The position numbers and the translations under genes were made by a program. DNA of 64,000 bases from an uncultured Rickettsiales bacterium (GTDB taxonomy: Bacteria; Pseudomonadota; Alphaproteobacteria; Rickettsiales; JABCZZ01), in contig CAYVTI010000009.1 in assembly GCA_964454545.1 (NCBI GenBank), positions 2,830-66,829 on the forward strand, given 5' to 3'. How positions within the stretch are numbered: position 1 is the stretch's first letter; each line of letters starts with the position of its first letter. Positions 9,441-19,460 of this stretch are shown one piece after another. A model generated the notes under the pieces. It did not search any database, had not been told where the DNA came from, and saw only the letters and a program-made list of their open reading frames with translations.

Positions 9441-10554
9441 GTTTCAGTATTTCTTCCACGGCAATAAGGCTTGGATTGCGTGGATTTCCGCCATGTAATA
9501 TCTGTATGGCTTTAGCGACATCTGCGCGTTGTTTCTGCATTTCCTCAGGATTTGCCAGCTGTTCTAGAGCCGTTTTTATTTCTGCGGCTGTGCAGCGTTC
9601 CTGCATCAGTTCGGGCACGATTTCCTTATCTACCGCGATATTCACAAGGCTGGCATATTTTATCAACAGCATCCTGCGGATGAGCCATGCAGATATGGCG
9701 CTTACCCTATGCGCTACAATCATCGGCACATGATGGGCAGCCAGTTCCAGCGTCACGGTGCCCGACTTGCTGAGCGCCATATCTGCTGCGGCAAAGGCAT
9801 CATACTTTTCCGCAAAGTCACACACGATAATATCCGAAGGCACTGCTTTTCTGATAAACTCTTTCACCTGCGGGCCGGCAAGGATTACTATTCTATAATC
9901 AGACAGGGATTTTGCTGCTGAAATAAAGATTGGCAAATGGTGCATCACTTCACCCTTGCGGCTGCCGGGCAATACGAGAAGCAGTTTCTCCCCGGCTGCT
10001 ATTCCGTGCAGATTACGAAATCCGGCCCCGTTTCCCTGCGGCGGCTGCCACAGGGCGGGATGGCCGGTAAATACAGTTTTCAGGCCTTCCTTTTCAAAAC
10101 ATTGCGGTTCAAACGGCAGCAGTGCAAGCAGCATATCGAACAGTTCCGCCGTCTTGCGCGCACGCTGGGGCTTATAGGCCCACACGCTTGGAGCGACGTA
10201 ATGGACGCGCTTTATCGTCCGCGTCTCGGGATTGTCTTTCAGCATCTTTGCCAGGCGGAAATTAAATCCCGGTGAGTCTATGGTCACAACAACATCCGGT
10301 TTCTTTTGGGCTATATCGTCTGCCGTCGCGCGCAGGAGCTTCAGGAATTTCGGTATATGCGGCAATACTTCCCAGAACCCCATGACGGAAAGCTCTTCAT
10401 AAGGAAAAAGACTCGCTAAGCCTTCGTGTTGCATTGCAGCGCCGCCAATACCGGCAAAAGGGGTGCCAGGCCGTAAGGATCTGAGCGCACTCATCAGCCC
10501 GGCTCCCAGCGCATCCCCGGAAGCTTCGCCTGCAACTAAATAAATAAGTGGCAT
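9427..10554 (-). CDS. lpxB: lipid-A-disaccharide synthase
   Basis: 375 aa. N-terminal IYLVAGEASGDALGA, DSPGFN, YVAPSVWAW-like blocks. Sits in the lpx cluster. Confidence 0.9.
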   Translation of the reverse strand: MPLIYLVAGEASGDALGAGLMSALRSLRPGTPFAGIGGAAMQHEGLASLFPYEELSVMGFWEVLPHIPKFLKLLRATADDIAQKKPDVVVTIDSPGFNFRLAKMLKDNPETRTIKRVHYVAPSVWAYKPQRARKTAELFDMLLALLPFEPQCFEKEGLKTVFTGHPALWQPPQGNGAGFRNLHGIAAGEKLLLVLPGSRKGEVMHHLPIFISAAKSLSDYRIVILAGPQVKEFIRKAVPSDIIVCDFAEKYDAFAAADMALSKSGTVTLELAAHHVPMIVAHRVSAISAWLIRRMLLIKYASLVNIAVDKEIVPELMQERCTAAEIKTALEQLANPEEMQKQRADVAKAIQILHGGNPRNPSLIAVEEILKLKTS

Positions 10555-10556
10555 TC

Positions 10557-11411
10557 CTACTCACCCAGAGAGAAACCGATAACGAAAAGCCCCAAAGCAT
10601 CCGCCATCCGGACTACTTCCCGGCGGTTCACGATTAATGAATGCTTTGCTTCAACGGCAACTCCTGTAAAGCCTGCACGGTGCACAAGCTCAATCGTCTG
10701 TTCCCCAATAGTGGGAAGATCGACGCGGTCTTCCTGTATCGGCTTGCGGGCTTTCACCAGAACGCCACCTCTGCCTTCACCCTTGATAGCGGCGCAGCGT
10801 TCTATAAGCGCGTCCGTACCTTCGACCGCTTCAATACCCAGCACAAGCCCGTTCTTGACAATCACTCCCTGGCCGACGTCAAACGTCCCAATCGCACGCA
10901 CGACACGCGCGCCAAGCTCAATATCCTTCTGCGCCTGCCTGTCGGGCAGGTTCTGGCCAAGCGGCCCTTCCGGGGCGACCATGTCCTGCATGATTTCATC
11001 GCTGCCTATAATGCGGAAGCCATTCTCCTCAAGGAACGCGACAATGACTTTGAAAATGGCCGCATCACCGCCAAAAAGAGAAAATCCCAGCTTGGCAATG
11101 AGTTTTGCTCCCATTGCATCGGGACGCAAGGACTTAATGGATGGACGGTTAATCTTGCCTGCCAGTACCAGCTCTTCCACCCCTGCCCTCTTTAATTGCT
11201 CCATCGCAGCGCCGATGGCACCGAGATTAATCCAGACATGAGGAGCATTTTCCACCGTCTCGGGATCCGTTTCGCCCTCAATTGCTACCACGAAAACGCT
11301 GCGGCCGTTCTTCAATACCCGGTCAACCATCTGGCGCGGCAGATGGCCGCTGCCGGCTATAATGCCGAGCGCAGTATAGGTTTCCTGAATCATCAACGCA
11401 TTACTGCTCAT
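10557..11411 (-). CDS. lpxI: UDP-2,3-diacylglucosamine pyrophosphatase LpxI (DUF1009)
   Basis: 284 aa. GIIAGSGHLP, DVGQGVIV, EAVEGTDALIER, PIQEDRVDLPTIG blocks. Between lpxA and lpxB, as in alphaproteobacteria that lack lpxH. Confidence 0.85.
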   Translation of the reverse strand: MSSNALMIQETYTALGIIAGSGHLPRQMVDRVLKNGRSVFVVAIEGETDPETVENAPHVWINLGAIGAAMEQLKRAGVEELVLAGKINRPSIKSLRPDAMGAKLIAKLGFSLFGGDAAIFKVIVAFLEENGFRIIGSDEIMQDMVAPEGPLGQNLPDRQAQKDIELGARVVRAIGTFDVGQGVIVKNGLVLGIEAVEGTDALIERCAAIKGEGRGGVLVKARKPIQEDRVDLPTIGEQTIELVHRAGFTGVAVEAKHSLIVNRREVVRMADALGLFVIGFSLGE

Positions 11412-11430
11412 ATATAGCTAAGTATACACT

Positions 11431-12222
11431 CTACGCCGCAGGAGTGCAAAGGGAACGCGCACCCTTGTCTTCCATGAAGTCGATAATTTCCTGAACGGGA
11501 GCCACCTTGTTGAAGGCTTCCTGCACTTTGGCCGAGCGCTCAAATAACGTGCCGCTGTCCGCTTCAAAAAGCATTTTGTACGCATTGCGCAAGGCATGGA
11601 TAGTTTCGCGGTCAAAATTACGCCGCTTCAGCCCAACAAGGTTAAGCCCGGCAAGCGAAGCGCGTTCGCCAATGACTGAACCATAGGGTATCACATCGTT
11701 TTCCACTCCCGACATACCGCCGACAATGGCATGCTTGCCGATGCGGACGAACTGGTGCACCGCCGCAAGTCCGCCGATGATGGCGTAATCGTCCACGAAA
11801 ACATGTCCTCCGAGGGTAGCATTGTTGGCCATGATCACGTTATTGCCGATGCGGCAGTCATGCGCCACATGCGCGCCTACCATGAACAGGCAGTTATCCC
11901 CCACCTGCGTCAGCATGCCTCCCCCCTGTGTGCCGGGATTCATCGTGACATGTTCGCGTATGATGTTGTTCTTCCCGATGACCAGCCTGGATTTTTCGCC
12001 TTTATATTTGAGATCCTGCGGTATATGGCCGATGGAAGCAAAGGGAAATATCTTTGTGTTTTCTCCTATGGAAGTAGGACCGCCTATGGAAACATGCGAT
12101 ATCAATTCGACGCCTTCTTCCAGCGTCACTTCACTCCCTACTACACAGAATGCTCCCACTTTCGCGGTGCCTGTAATTTTTGCGCCTTTTTCTATAATCG
12201 CGGTCGGATGTATGTTCGACAT
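11431..12222 (-). CDS. lpxA: acyl-ACP--UDP-N-acetylglucosamine O-acyltransferase
   Basis: 263 aa. Starts IHPTAII followed by hexapeptide repeats. LpxA-type C-terminal helical domain (GLKRRNF..E.I..L..AY). Confidence 0.9.
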   Translation of the reverse strand: MSNIHPTAIIEKGAKITGTAKVGAFCVVGSEVTLEEGVELISHVSIGGPTSIGENTKIFPFASIGHIPQDLKYKGEKSRLVIGKNNIIREHVTMNPGTQGGGMLTQVGDNCLFMVGAHVAHDCRIGNNVIMANNATLGGHVFVDDYAIIGGLAAVHQFVRIGKHAIVGGMSGVENDVIPYGSVIGERASLAGLNLVGLKRRNFDRETIHALRNAYKMLFEADSGTLFERSAKVQEAFNKVAPVQEIIDFMEDKGARSLCTPAA

Positions 12223-12321
12223 GTCTTACCCAGATATAACAATTCCATTAATGCAGAATGTATAACCACCTGCCATCAACCTAGCAAATCACAAGTTATT
12301 GCAGTTTATTACAGGTAAAAA

Positions 12322-12813
12322 TCAATCAACAATCATCGCACTTATCGTCGCTTCCGCCACCTTGCCGTTCGCTGTATGGGCTTCGCACATGAATTTCCAG
12401 ACATTGCCGCGGCTTTTCGCTTTCTGCACATGAATTTCAAGCGTATCCCCCGGTATGACAGGTTTCCGGAATTTCGCTTCCTCAATCGACATGAAATATA
12501 CCAGCTTGCCTTCCGCGCCCTTCCCAAGCGTATGTACGACAAGCAGGGCGGAAGTCTGCGCCATCGCCTCGATAATCAGCACACCCGGCATAATCGGCTT
12601 CTGCGGGAAATGGCCGGTGAAATGCGGCTCGTTGAACGTTACATTCTTGATACCGGTGGCGGATTCCGCATCCACAATATTGATAACGCGGTCGACAAGC
12701 AGGAACGGATAGCGGTGGGGGATCATCTGCATGATACGCTCTATGTCCAGCGTGGTTCCCACCTGATGACCGATTCCATATTCGACTTTCTTCATCTCCG
12801 TTTCGTTATTCAT
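12322..12813 (-). CDS. fabZ: 3-hydroxyacyl-ACP dehydratase
   Basis: [31 protein letters not shown] motifs. The ORF opens at 12837, but the Met at 12811-12813 is preceded by AGGAAG-N6, so it is preferred as the start. Confidence 0.9.
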   Translation of the reverse strand: MNNETEMKKVEYGIGHQVGTTLDIERIMQMIPHRYPFLLVDRVINIVDAESATGIKNVTFNEPHFTGHFPQKPIMPGVLIIEAMAQTSALLVVHTLGKGAEGKLVYFMSIEEAKFRKPVIPGDTLEIHVQKAKSRGNVWKFMCEAHTANGKVAEATISAMIVD

Positions 12814-13843
12814 TTGCCGCTTCCTTTCGTTTAGCAATCCTTGAGATAGCCACGGTCTGGCGATGCCAGTCCTTTACAGGCACGGCCGGAGAGCCACCGT
12901 AAGAAGCGCCGTCAGGAATGTCCGTCATCACGCCGCTCCTTGCCGCAAGCCTTGCGCCATTGCCTATTTTTAAATGACCTGAAATCCCTGCCTGCCCTCC
13001 TATTATCACCCCTGCTCCTATGTTCGTGCTGCCCGCAACGCCCACCTGTGAAACGATGATTGAATATTTTCCAACCGTTACGTTATGCCCTATCTGAACC
13101 AGATTATCGATTTTCGTACCTTCGCCGATGACGGTGTCGCCCGCGGATCCCCTGTCGATACAGGTGCAGGAGCCTATTTCAACATCGTTGCCGATGATAA
13201 CGCGTCCAAGCTGGGGCACTTTCACATGCCCGCCTTTCCCCAGCGCAAAGCCGAAACCGTCCTGTCCGATATTGACATTACGGTGAATAATGACATTTTC
13301 CCCGACCAGACAATGGCTGAGCGTCGATCCGGCTCCAATAGAGCTACCGGCGCCAATGGCCACGCCCGCTTCAATAACCGCTCCCGCGCCTATGATGCAG
13401 TTATGTGCAATTTCCGCATTCTCTCCTATGAAACTACCGAATTCAATGATGCAGTCCCTGCCGATTTTTGCGGAAGGCGCAATAAACGCCCCCGGCGATA
13501 TATGTCCTTTCCGGCGCTTTACAGGATAAAATTTCTGCGCGGCAAGCGCGAAGGCGTTGTACGGTTCCGGCGTTACCAGGAGCGTCATGCCGACAGGAGC
13601 ATATTTGGTATGTTTTGGATGGATAAAACAAGCGCCTGCCTTGGAGTCCTTCAACGCTTCGATATATTTGGTGTTATCTAAGAAACTTAGCTGATCTCCC
13701 GCCGCCTTATCCAGCGGTGCGGCGTCATACAACAAGAACTTACCGCTGTCAGAAATATCACCGGCTATTTCCGCGCCGGTCAGTTCAGCTATCTCCTTTA
13801 GGCTGAACGGACCGGCATTATTAAAAAAACGTGGATCTGCCAT
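12806..13843 (-). CDS. lpxD: UDP-3-O-acylglucosamine N-acyltransferase
   Basis: 345 aa. N-terminal LpxD domain ([14 protein letters not shown]) followed by a long hexapeptide-repeat LbH domain. Confidence 0.9.
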   Translation of the reverse strand: MADPRFFNNAGPFSLKEIAELTGAEIAGDISDSGKFLLYDAAPLDKAAGDQLSFLDNTKYIEALKDSKAGACFIHPKHTKYAPVGMTLLVTPEPYNAFALAAQKFYPVKRRKGHISPGAFIAPSAKIGRDCIIEFGSFIGENAEIAHNCIIGAGAVIEAGVAIGAGSSIGAGSTLSHCLVGENVIIHRNVNIGQDGFGFALGKGGHVKVPQLGRVIIGNDVEIGSCTCIDRGSAGDTVIGEGTKIDNLVQIGHNVTVGKYSIIVSQVGVAGSTNIGAGVIIGGQAGISGHLKIGNGARLAARSGVMTDIPDGASYGGSPAVPVKDWHRQTVAISRIAKRKEAANE

Positions 13844-13869
13844 ATACCTGCAGGAAATTCCGCCCTGAC

Positions 13870-14445
13870 TTATTCATCATCTTTGGTTGCGACATGTTCA
13901 AACTTCACCGTCACTTTGGGCAAAGCGCCGTTAAGCTTGGTAAGCACATCCTTGGTGATATCCAGCTTCGGATCGGCATAGAGCAACTCGGAAGCAGGCA
14001 GCACAGCGCTATATCCCTTATCTTTTGACATTTTGCTGACAATCTCAAACACCGCTTTCTGGATTTCATTCAGTGAAGAGGAAGAAGCCTTATAGAGCTC
14101 GTCGCGCTTCGCCTGCGCGTCTTTCTGGGCGGCAGTGGCCTTTGCCTTGAATTCTTTCACCTTCTTCTCAAACGCTTCCGGGGCCAGAACGCTGCGCTGC
14201 TTGCCGAGCGACTGGTCTTCCTTCTGCAGTTCTTCTTCCTTTTTGGCCATTTCCGACTGGAATGACTTCTGTTTGTTTTCCAGCTGATCCTTCACCGACT
14301 TTGCCGCCGTGGAATCGCGCATGATTTCCTGTATATTGACATAGGCAATGGTATCCGCTGCATAAGAAGCGGCGGCAAACGCCATAGCGCCAGTCATCAC
14401 CGTAGTGAAAACTAAAGATTTAAGTTTCATAAAATGACCTTTCAT
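13870..14445 (-). CDS. OmpH/Skp family periplasmic chaperone
   Basis: 191 aa. Signal peptide, then Lys/Glu/Gln-rich coiled region. Located between bamA and lpxD. The true start may be the Met at 14430. Confidence 0.85.
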   Translation of the reverse strand: MKGHFMKLKSLVFTTVMTGAMAFAAASYAADTIAYVNIQEIMRDSTAAKSVKDQLENKQKSFQSEMAKKEEELQKEDQSLGKQRSVLAPEAFEKKVKEFKAKATAAQKDAQAKRDELYKASSSSLNEIQKAVFEIVSKMSKDKGYSAVLPASELLYADPKLDITKDVLTKLNGALPKVTVKFEHVATKDDE

Positions 14446-14477
14446 AAAATAGCTGGGGATATAACCGGGTAATAAAG

Positions 14478-16793
14478 CTAGAATTTTGTTCCAAAGTCAA
14501 ACTGGAATATCTGGGTGGAGTCAAATTTATCCTTAAGCACGGCATCCGCCAGATTGACCCGTATGGGCCCAAAAGGCGATGCCCAGGATATGCCCACACC
14601 CACCGACAACCTCAAAGACTGCGGATCATCGACGTTCGAACCGGTTTCCTGCACTTTCCAGAGGCTTCCCGCATCGGCAAACAGGGAACCATGGAAGCCT
14701 AAATCATCCGGAAGCCCGAGCGGAAAAGACAACTCCGGGGTAACCGTATAATATACATTGCCGCCAAGAGCATCGGCTGTAATGCTGTCATGCGGCCCAA
14801 CCCCATAGGGTTGAAATCCACGGAACGAAGTTCCGCCAAGGAAGAACCGGTCCGCGATGCGTATGTCTTCGCCAAAACCCAATATATATCCACCCGCGCC
14901 AAGCAGGGATAATGTCCATTTGGGAGCAACTGGATAATAGTAGCCGGCATGCAGCTCGCTGCGCAGATAATGCGTGTCCCCTCCCACGCCTGCTACATCA
15001 TTATTGATACGCAGGAAATCCCCACTGGTCGGATTGAACTTGTTATCGCGGTTGTCATAGGTAAGCGCCTGCCCGACAGAAGATTCCGTTATCTTTCCCT
15101 GCTGTTCGACGATAAAACGGGACGCCCCCGTCTGCACATTGCTTATATCTGTCTGCTTGAAAGTATAGTTGAGCGCCTGCGACCATTCTTCCGACAGCGC
15201 ATATCCCAGACGGAACCTTACGCCGTTCGTATTCGAATCATAGGGAATGCCCGTGTAGGCCAGCAATTCCGTTCTGAAAAGGTCAATCCCGGCAGAAAGC
15301 TCGCGGTCAAGGAAATACGGCTCGGTAAAGCTGATGTCATATTGCTGGGTTGCCGCTGAAACCGCCGCATTGAAACGCAGATCCTGTCCGCGGCCAAGGA
15401 GATTAGTCTCTTTGATGCCAAACTGGGCGAGGGGACCGTCCGTTGTCGAGAAACCGCCGCCAATCGATATTTCACCGGTGGATTTTTCCTGAACCTCCAC
15501 ATTGATCACCGTCCTATCCGACGTGCTTCCAGGCTCGTTGGTGATCTTCACCTTCTCAAAGAAACCGAGGTTATTCAGGCGCTGCTCGGAACGGGCTATC
15601 CTGGAAGTACTGTAAGGATCGCCTTCCACGAGGCGAAATTCTCGCCGGATGACCTCATCCAGCGTGCGCACGTTTCCGACAATGTTGATTTTTTCTATAT
15701 AGACCCGTGGACCTTCCTTGATGTTATAGACGACATCGATAGTCCTCTTGTCCGGATTGCGGTTCAGTTTTGGATCGATATCAACGAAAGCAAACCCGTG
15801 ATTGCCCAGCTCCTTGGTCATATTATCGATGGAACTTTCGATCTTAGTCGCATTATAGGTGTCACCGGCTTTCGTCAGCAGTTTCTTCTTGAGCTCTTCC
15901 GGATCAACCCCTTTCAGGGCGGACACTAAGTTGACAGTTCCAAAGTTATATTTTTTACCTTCCTCAATAGTAAAAGTAATATAAAACGCGTCTTTTTCAG
16001 GCGAGAGTTCGGCGATGGCGGATTTTACCTGAAAATCCGCAAATCCTTCAGACGTATAGAAACGCCGGAGCAGTTCCTGGTCATATTGCAGACGCTCCGG
16101 ATCATATTTGTCGTCGCTGCTGAAAAATTTATACCAGCGCGTTTCTTCAGTGCGAATCGCCTTCGCAAGCGTTTCGCTATCGAAGTGATCATTCCCTATG
16201 AAGGAAATCTTTCTTACCTTCGCCACTGGCCCTTCCTGGATTTCATAGACCAGATCGATACGGTTCTGATCCAACTGGATAACCTTGGGATTGACCTGTG
16301 CGGAATAACGCCCGCCACGGCGGTAAATATCCAGTATGCGCTTTACGTCGTTCTGCAGTTTCGTGCGCGTGTAAATGGCGCGTACCTTGAGCTCAAGCTC
16401 CGCCTCCAGATCTTTGTCTTCAACCTCTTTATTGCCTTCAAAAACCACCTTGTTGATAATCGGATTTTCCACCACGTTTACAACGATGTCCACCTCATTG
16501 CCCTGTTGCGGCACGCGGTTGATGCTGGCATCTGCAAAAAACCCAGTGGCAAACAGATTCTTGAGGGCATTATTTATATCATACTGATTAACCTCTGAGC
16601 CTTCCTTCAGGCCGAGATAGGTGAGAACCGTCGACTCCTCGACACGCTGGTTGCCTTTCACAATAATACGGTGGACCATCTCATGCGCAGTGGAAGAGGC
16701 GCTTTCCGCAGGCTGTGCAGTAGCCTGCGCATATACGGGCACGCTGGCCAATATAACAGTCGTCGACAGTAATAGAATTCTTAAAAGCCGCAT
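14478..16793 (-). CDS. bamA: outer membrane protein assembly factor BamA
   Basis: 771 aa. Signal peptide, five POTRA-like repeats (I.V.GN.RV....V), C-terminal beta-barrel ending in the FQFDFGTKF aromatic terminus. Confidence 0.95.
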   Translation of the reverse strand: MRLLRILLLSTTVILASVPVYAQATAQPAESASSTAHEMVHRIIVKGNQRVEESTVLTYLGLKEGSEVNQYDINNALKNLFATGFFADASINRVPQQGNEVDIVVNVVENPIINKVVFEGNKEVEDKDLEAELELKVRAIYTRTKLQNDVKRILDIYRRGGRYSAQVNPKVIQLDQNRIDLVYEIQEGPVAKVRKISFIGNDHFDSETLAKAIRTEETRWYKFFSSDDKYDPERLQYDQELLRRFYTSEGFADFQVKSAIAELSPEKDAFYITFTIEEGKKYNFGTVNLVSALKGVDPEELKKKLLTKAGDTYNATKIESSIDNMTKELGNHGFAFVDIDPKLNRNPDKRTIDVVYNIKEGPRVYIEKINIVGNVRTLDEVIRREFRLVEGDPYSTSRIARSEQRLNNLGFFEKVKITNEPGSTSDRTVINVEVQEKSTGEISIGGGFSTTDGPLAQFGIKETNLLGRGQDLRFNAAVSAATQQYDISFTEPYFLDRELSAGIDLFRTELLAYTGIPYDSNTNGVRFRLGYALSEEWSQALNYTFKQTDISNVQTGASRFIVEQQGKITESSVGQALTYDNRDNKFNPTSGDFLRINNDVAGVGGDTHYLRSELHAGYYYPVAPKWTLSLLGAGGYILGFGEDIRIADRFFLGGTSFRGFQPYGVGPHDSITADALGGNVYYTVTPELSFPLGLPDDLGFHGSLFADAGSLWKVQETGSNVDDPQSLRLSVGVGISWASPFGPIRVNLADAVLKDKFDSTQIFQFDFGTKF

Positions 16794-16872
16794 CTGACCA
16801 ATATTGTAACTTTTCCAGTGCTATTCATGCTGGAAAATATCGCTTAAATCAAGCTGTAATTACAGGCATTTT

Positions 16873-17235
16873 TTATGGCAGAAGATCCAGAACAACCTCT
16901 TTGGGGCGGCACAGGAGTGCGCCGTGGGAAGTTTCAACAATGGGACGGTTCATCAATACCGGGTGTTGCGCCATGAAATCAATCAGCTGCTCCTGCGTCC
17001 ACTTTGGATCGGCGAGTCCCAGTTCCTGATAGATTCTTTCCTTGTCCCGCATCAGATCGCGCGCGGCTATGTTCATGCGCTTCAGCAAAGCCGTAATCTG
17101 ACTCCGGCCAAGCGGCGTTTTAAGATATTCTATAACCACCGGCTCATAGCCCCGGCTGCGTATTATTTCCAGTACATTGCGTGACGTGGTGCAGGCCGGG
17201 TTATGGTATATTTTTATTTCAGATTTTTCAGACAT
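16873..17235 (-). CDS. arsC: arsenate reductase (glutaredoxin-coupled ArsC family)
   Basis: 120 aa. Near-collinear with E. coli ArsC: IYHNPACTTSRN, QLIDFMAQHPVLMNRPIV, LCRPKEVVLDLL. Confidence 0.85.
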   Translation of the reverse strand: MSEKSEIKIYHNPACTTSRNVLEIIRSRGYEPVVIEYLKTPLGRSQITALLKRMNIAARDLMRDKERIYQELGLADPKWTQEQLIDFMAQHPVLMNRPIVETSHGALLCRPKEVVLDLLP

Positions 17236-18082
17236 AACACCCCAGAAACATGATTAATCCCAAGACAGAATTGGAGCGGAATATTTTCATACAATTGGCC
17301 GCGTCGTCAATATTCAAAGTGCACATCTGCCAGACAAAATGCAACGCCACCAGAAACAAGCCGACATAATAAGCGCTTCCTTTTCCAAGGATGATTCCCG
17401 TGCAGAGCCAGAAAAAGATCGCGAGAGCGTAAAAAGCGGCAATCCATTTTTTGCTGCTTTGCAAAAAAAGAAGCGCGGTCGATTTCACGCCTGCCTTTAT
17501 GTCATCCGCCTTATCCTGATGCGCGTAAATCGTATCATAACCGAGCGTCCAGAAAATGCATCCGATATACAGAATAACCGCTGGCAATTCAATATGGTTC
17601 CTCACCGCCACCCACCCCATGAGTGCTCCCCAGTTAAAGGTAAGACCCAAGAACGCCTGCGGCCACCAGGTAATGCGCTTCATAAAAGGATAAGTAAATA
17701 CAAGCAGCAATGAAACCGCCGCGGTGATTATTACTGCGCGGTTCATCATAAGGGCTATGCACAGCGCTATGATAAGAAGCAATAATAACAGAATAAGCGC
17801 CTGAGCGACGCTTATCTCGCCGCTGGCTAGCGGACGGATGCGGGTACGTTCCACTTTCCTGTCAAATTCCCGGTCTGCTATATCGTTCACGATGCACCCG
17901 GCAGCACGCATCACAAGGGCACCAACTGCAAACAATGTGAGCAGCCACGGCGAGGGATTCCCATTTGCTGCAAGGGCAAGCGTCCACCAGCACGGCCATA
18001 ATAACAGGAATACGCCTGTCGGCTGGTGCAGGCGCAGCAGCCTGAGATAAGGCTCCCATAATTGTCGCTTATTGTCAGACAT
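17228..18082 (-). CDS. ubiA: 4-hydroxybenzoate polyprenyltransferase
   Basis: 284 aa polytopic membrane protein. UbiA motifs NDIADREFD and YAHQDKADD. Confidence 0.9.
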   Translation of the reverse strand: MSDNKRQLWEPYLRLLRLHQPTGVFLLLWPCWWTLALAANGNPSPWLLTLFAVGALVMRAAGCIVNDIADREFDRKVERTRIRPLASGEISVAQALILLLLLLIIALCIALMMNRAVIITAAVSLLLVFTYPFMKRITWWPQAFLGLTFNWGALMGWVAVRNHIELPAVILYIGCIFWTLGYDTIYAHQDKADDIKAGVKSTALLFLQSSKKWIAAFYALAIFFWLCTGIILGKGSAYYVGLFLVALHFVWQMCTLNIDDAANCMKIFRSNSVLGLIMFLGCYV

Positions 18083-18145
18083 TGCTTGATTACTGGTAAA
18101 TTATCGATAGGTATATCATATATCTACATCATCCAAGAAAAGAAT

Positions 18146-19345
18146 ATGAATAGTAAAAATGAGTCACAGAATGCAACAGCGCTGATGAGTATCCTTGCGG
18201 CGCTCAGTTTCAGCCACTTCCTGAATGATCTTATTCAGTCGCTCCTACCCTCTATTTATCCGCTGCTCAAATCCTCTTTCGCGCTCAATTTTACGGAAAT
18301 CGGGCTGATTACCCTTACCTATAACCTTACCGCCTCACTCCTGCAGCCGCTGGTCGGGATATATACCGATAAAAACCCTCACCCTTATTCCCTGCCCTTC
18401 GGCATGAGCCTGACTCTCACCGGACTGCTCACGCTCGCCTATGCGACTACTTTCCTCGCTATTCTGGCAGGCGCGGCGCTTGTGGGAAGCGGATCGTCGG
18501 TCTTCCATCCCGAATCCTCGCGCATGGCGCGCGCCGCTTCCGGCGGAAGGCACGGGTTCGCCCAGTCATTCTTCCAGGTCGGCGGCAATGCGGGAACAGC
18601 AGCAGGGCCGTTGCTTGCCGCCTATATTATCCTGCCTCACGGCCAGACAAGCATCGCTTGGTTCTCCGTTGCCGCACTCGCGGCCATAGCCGTGCTTACC
18701 TTTATAGGCCGGTGGTACAATACCCATCATATCAAGACCGGCCGGGCAAAGGCGCATGTATTGCATAAAAGTCACGCCTCACAACGGGAAATCACGATTG
18801 CTCTCACGGTGCTGGTGGCACTGATTTTCTCTAAATATTTCTACATGGCCAGCATCAACAGCTTCTACACGTTCTACCTGATAGACAAGTTCCATGTTGC
18901 AGTGCAAGACGCGCAGCTCTATCTGTTCCTGTTCCTGGGCGCGAGCGCAGCCGGAGCACTTACCGGAGGGCATGTCGGCGATCGTGTCGGACGCAAGCAG
19001 GTCATCTGGTTTTCCATATTGGGCGCGTTGCCTTTCAGCCTCATGTTGCCCCATGCCGATCTGCCGTGGACAATCATTCTGAGCATGGTTATCGGTCTCA
19101 TCATGTCTTCAGCCTTTTCGGCGATCATCGTCTATGCCCAAGAACTCATACCCGGCAAGCCCGGCATGATCGCAGGGTTATTTTTCGGCTTTGCCTTCGG
19201 TATGGGAGGATTGAGCGCCGCCGTGCTGGGTAAGGTAGCCGACATGACCAGCATACATTACGTCTATGAAATATGCGCATGGCTTCCGTTGCTCGGCCTG
19301 TTCACTATTTTCCTTCCCAACACCAAAATGGTTAAAATATATTAG
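18146..19345 (+). CDS. MFS transporter (Fsr/fosmidomycin-resistance-like)
   Basis: About 12 predicted TM segments. MFS loop motif-like GHVGDRVGRKQV. ATG at 18146 chosen because the upstream part of the ORF (from 18062) overlaps ubiA. Confidence 0.8.
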   Translation: MNSKNESQNATALMSILAALSFSHFLNDLIQSLLPSIYPLLKSSFALNFTEIGLITLTYNLTASLLQPLVGIYTDKNPHPYSLPFGMSLTLTGLLTLAYATTFLAILAGAALVGSGSSVFHPESSRMARAASGGRHGFAQSFFQVGGNAGTAAGPLLAAYIILPHGQTSIAWFSVAALAAIAVLTFIGRWYNTHHIKTGRAKAHVLHKSHASQREITIALTVLVALIFSKYFYMASINSFYTFYLIDKFHVAVQDAQLYLFLFLGASAAGALTGGHVGDRVGRKQVIWFSILGALPFSLMLPHADLPWTIILSMVIGLIMSSAFSAIIVYAQELIPGKPGMIAGLFFGFAFGMGGLSAAVLGKVADMTSIHYVYEICAWLPLLGLFTIFLPNTKMVKIY

Positions 19346-19460
19346 TGACTTATTTATCATACATCCCGGAAATAACTTTTATTCACATTATTAGTTTTTG
19401 TATTAATACGGCACGTGAGGTATTATTCCCGCATCTTTATGAACCCATAAAGCGTGCAAT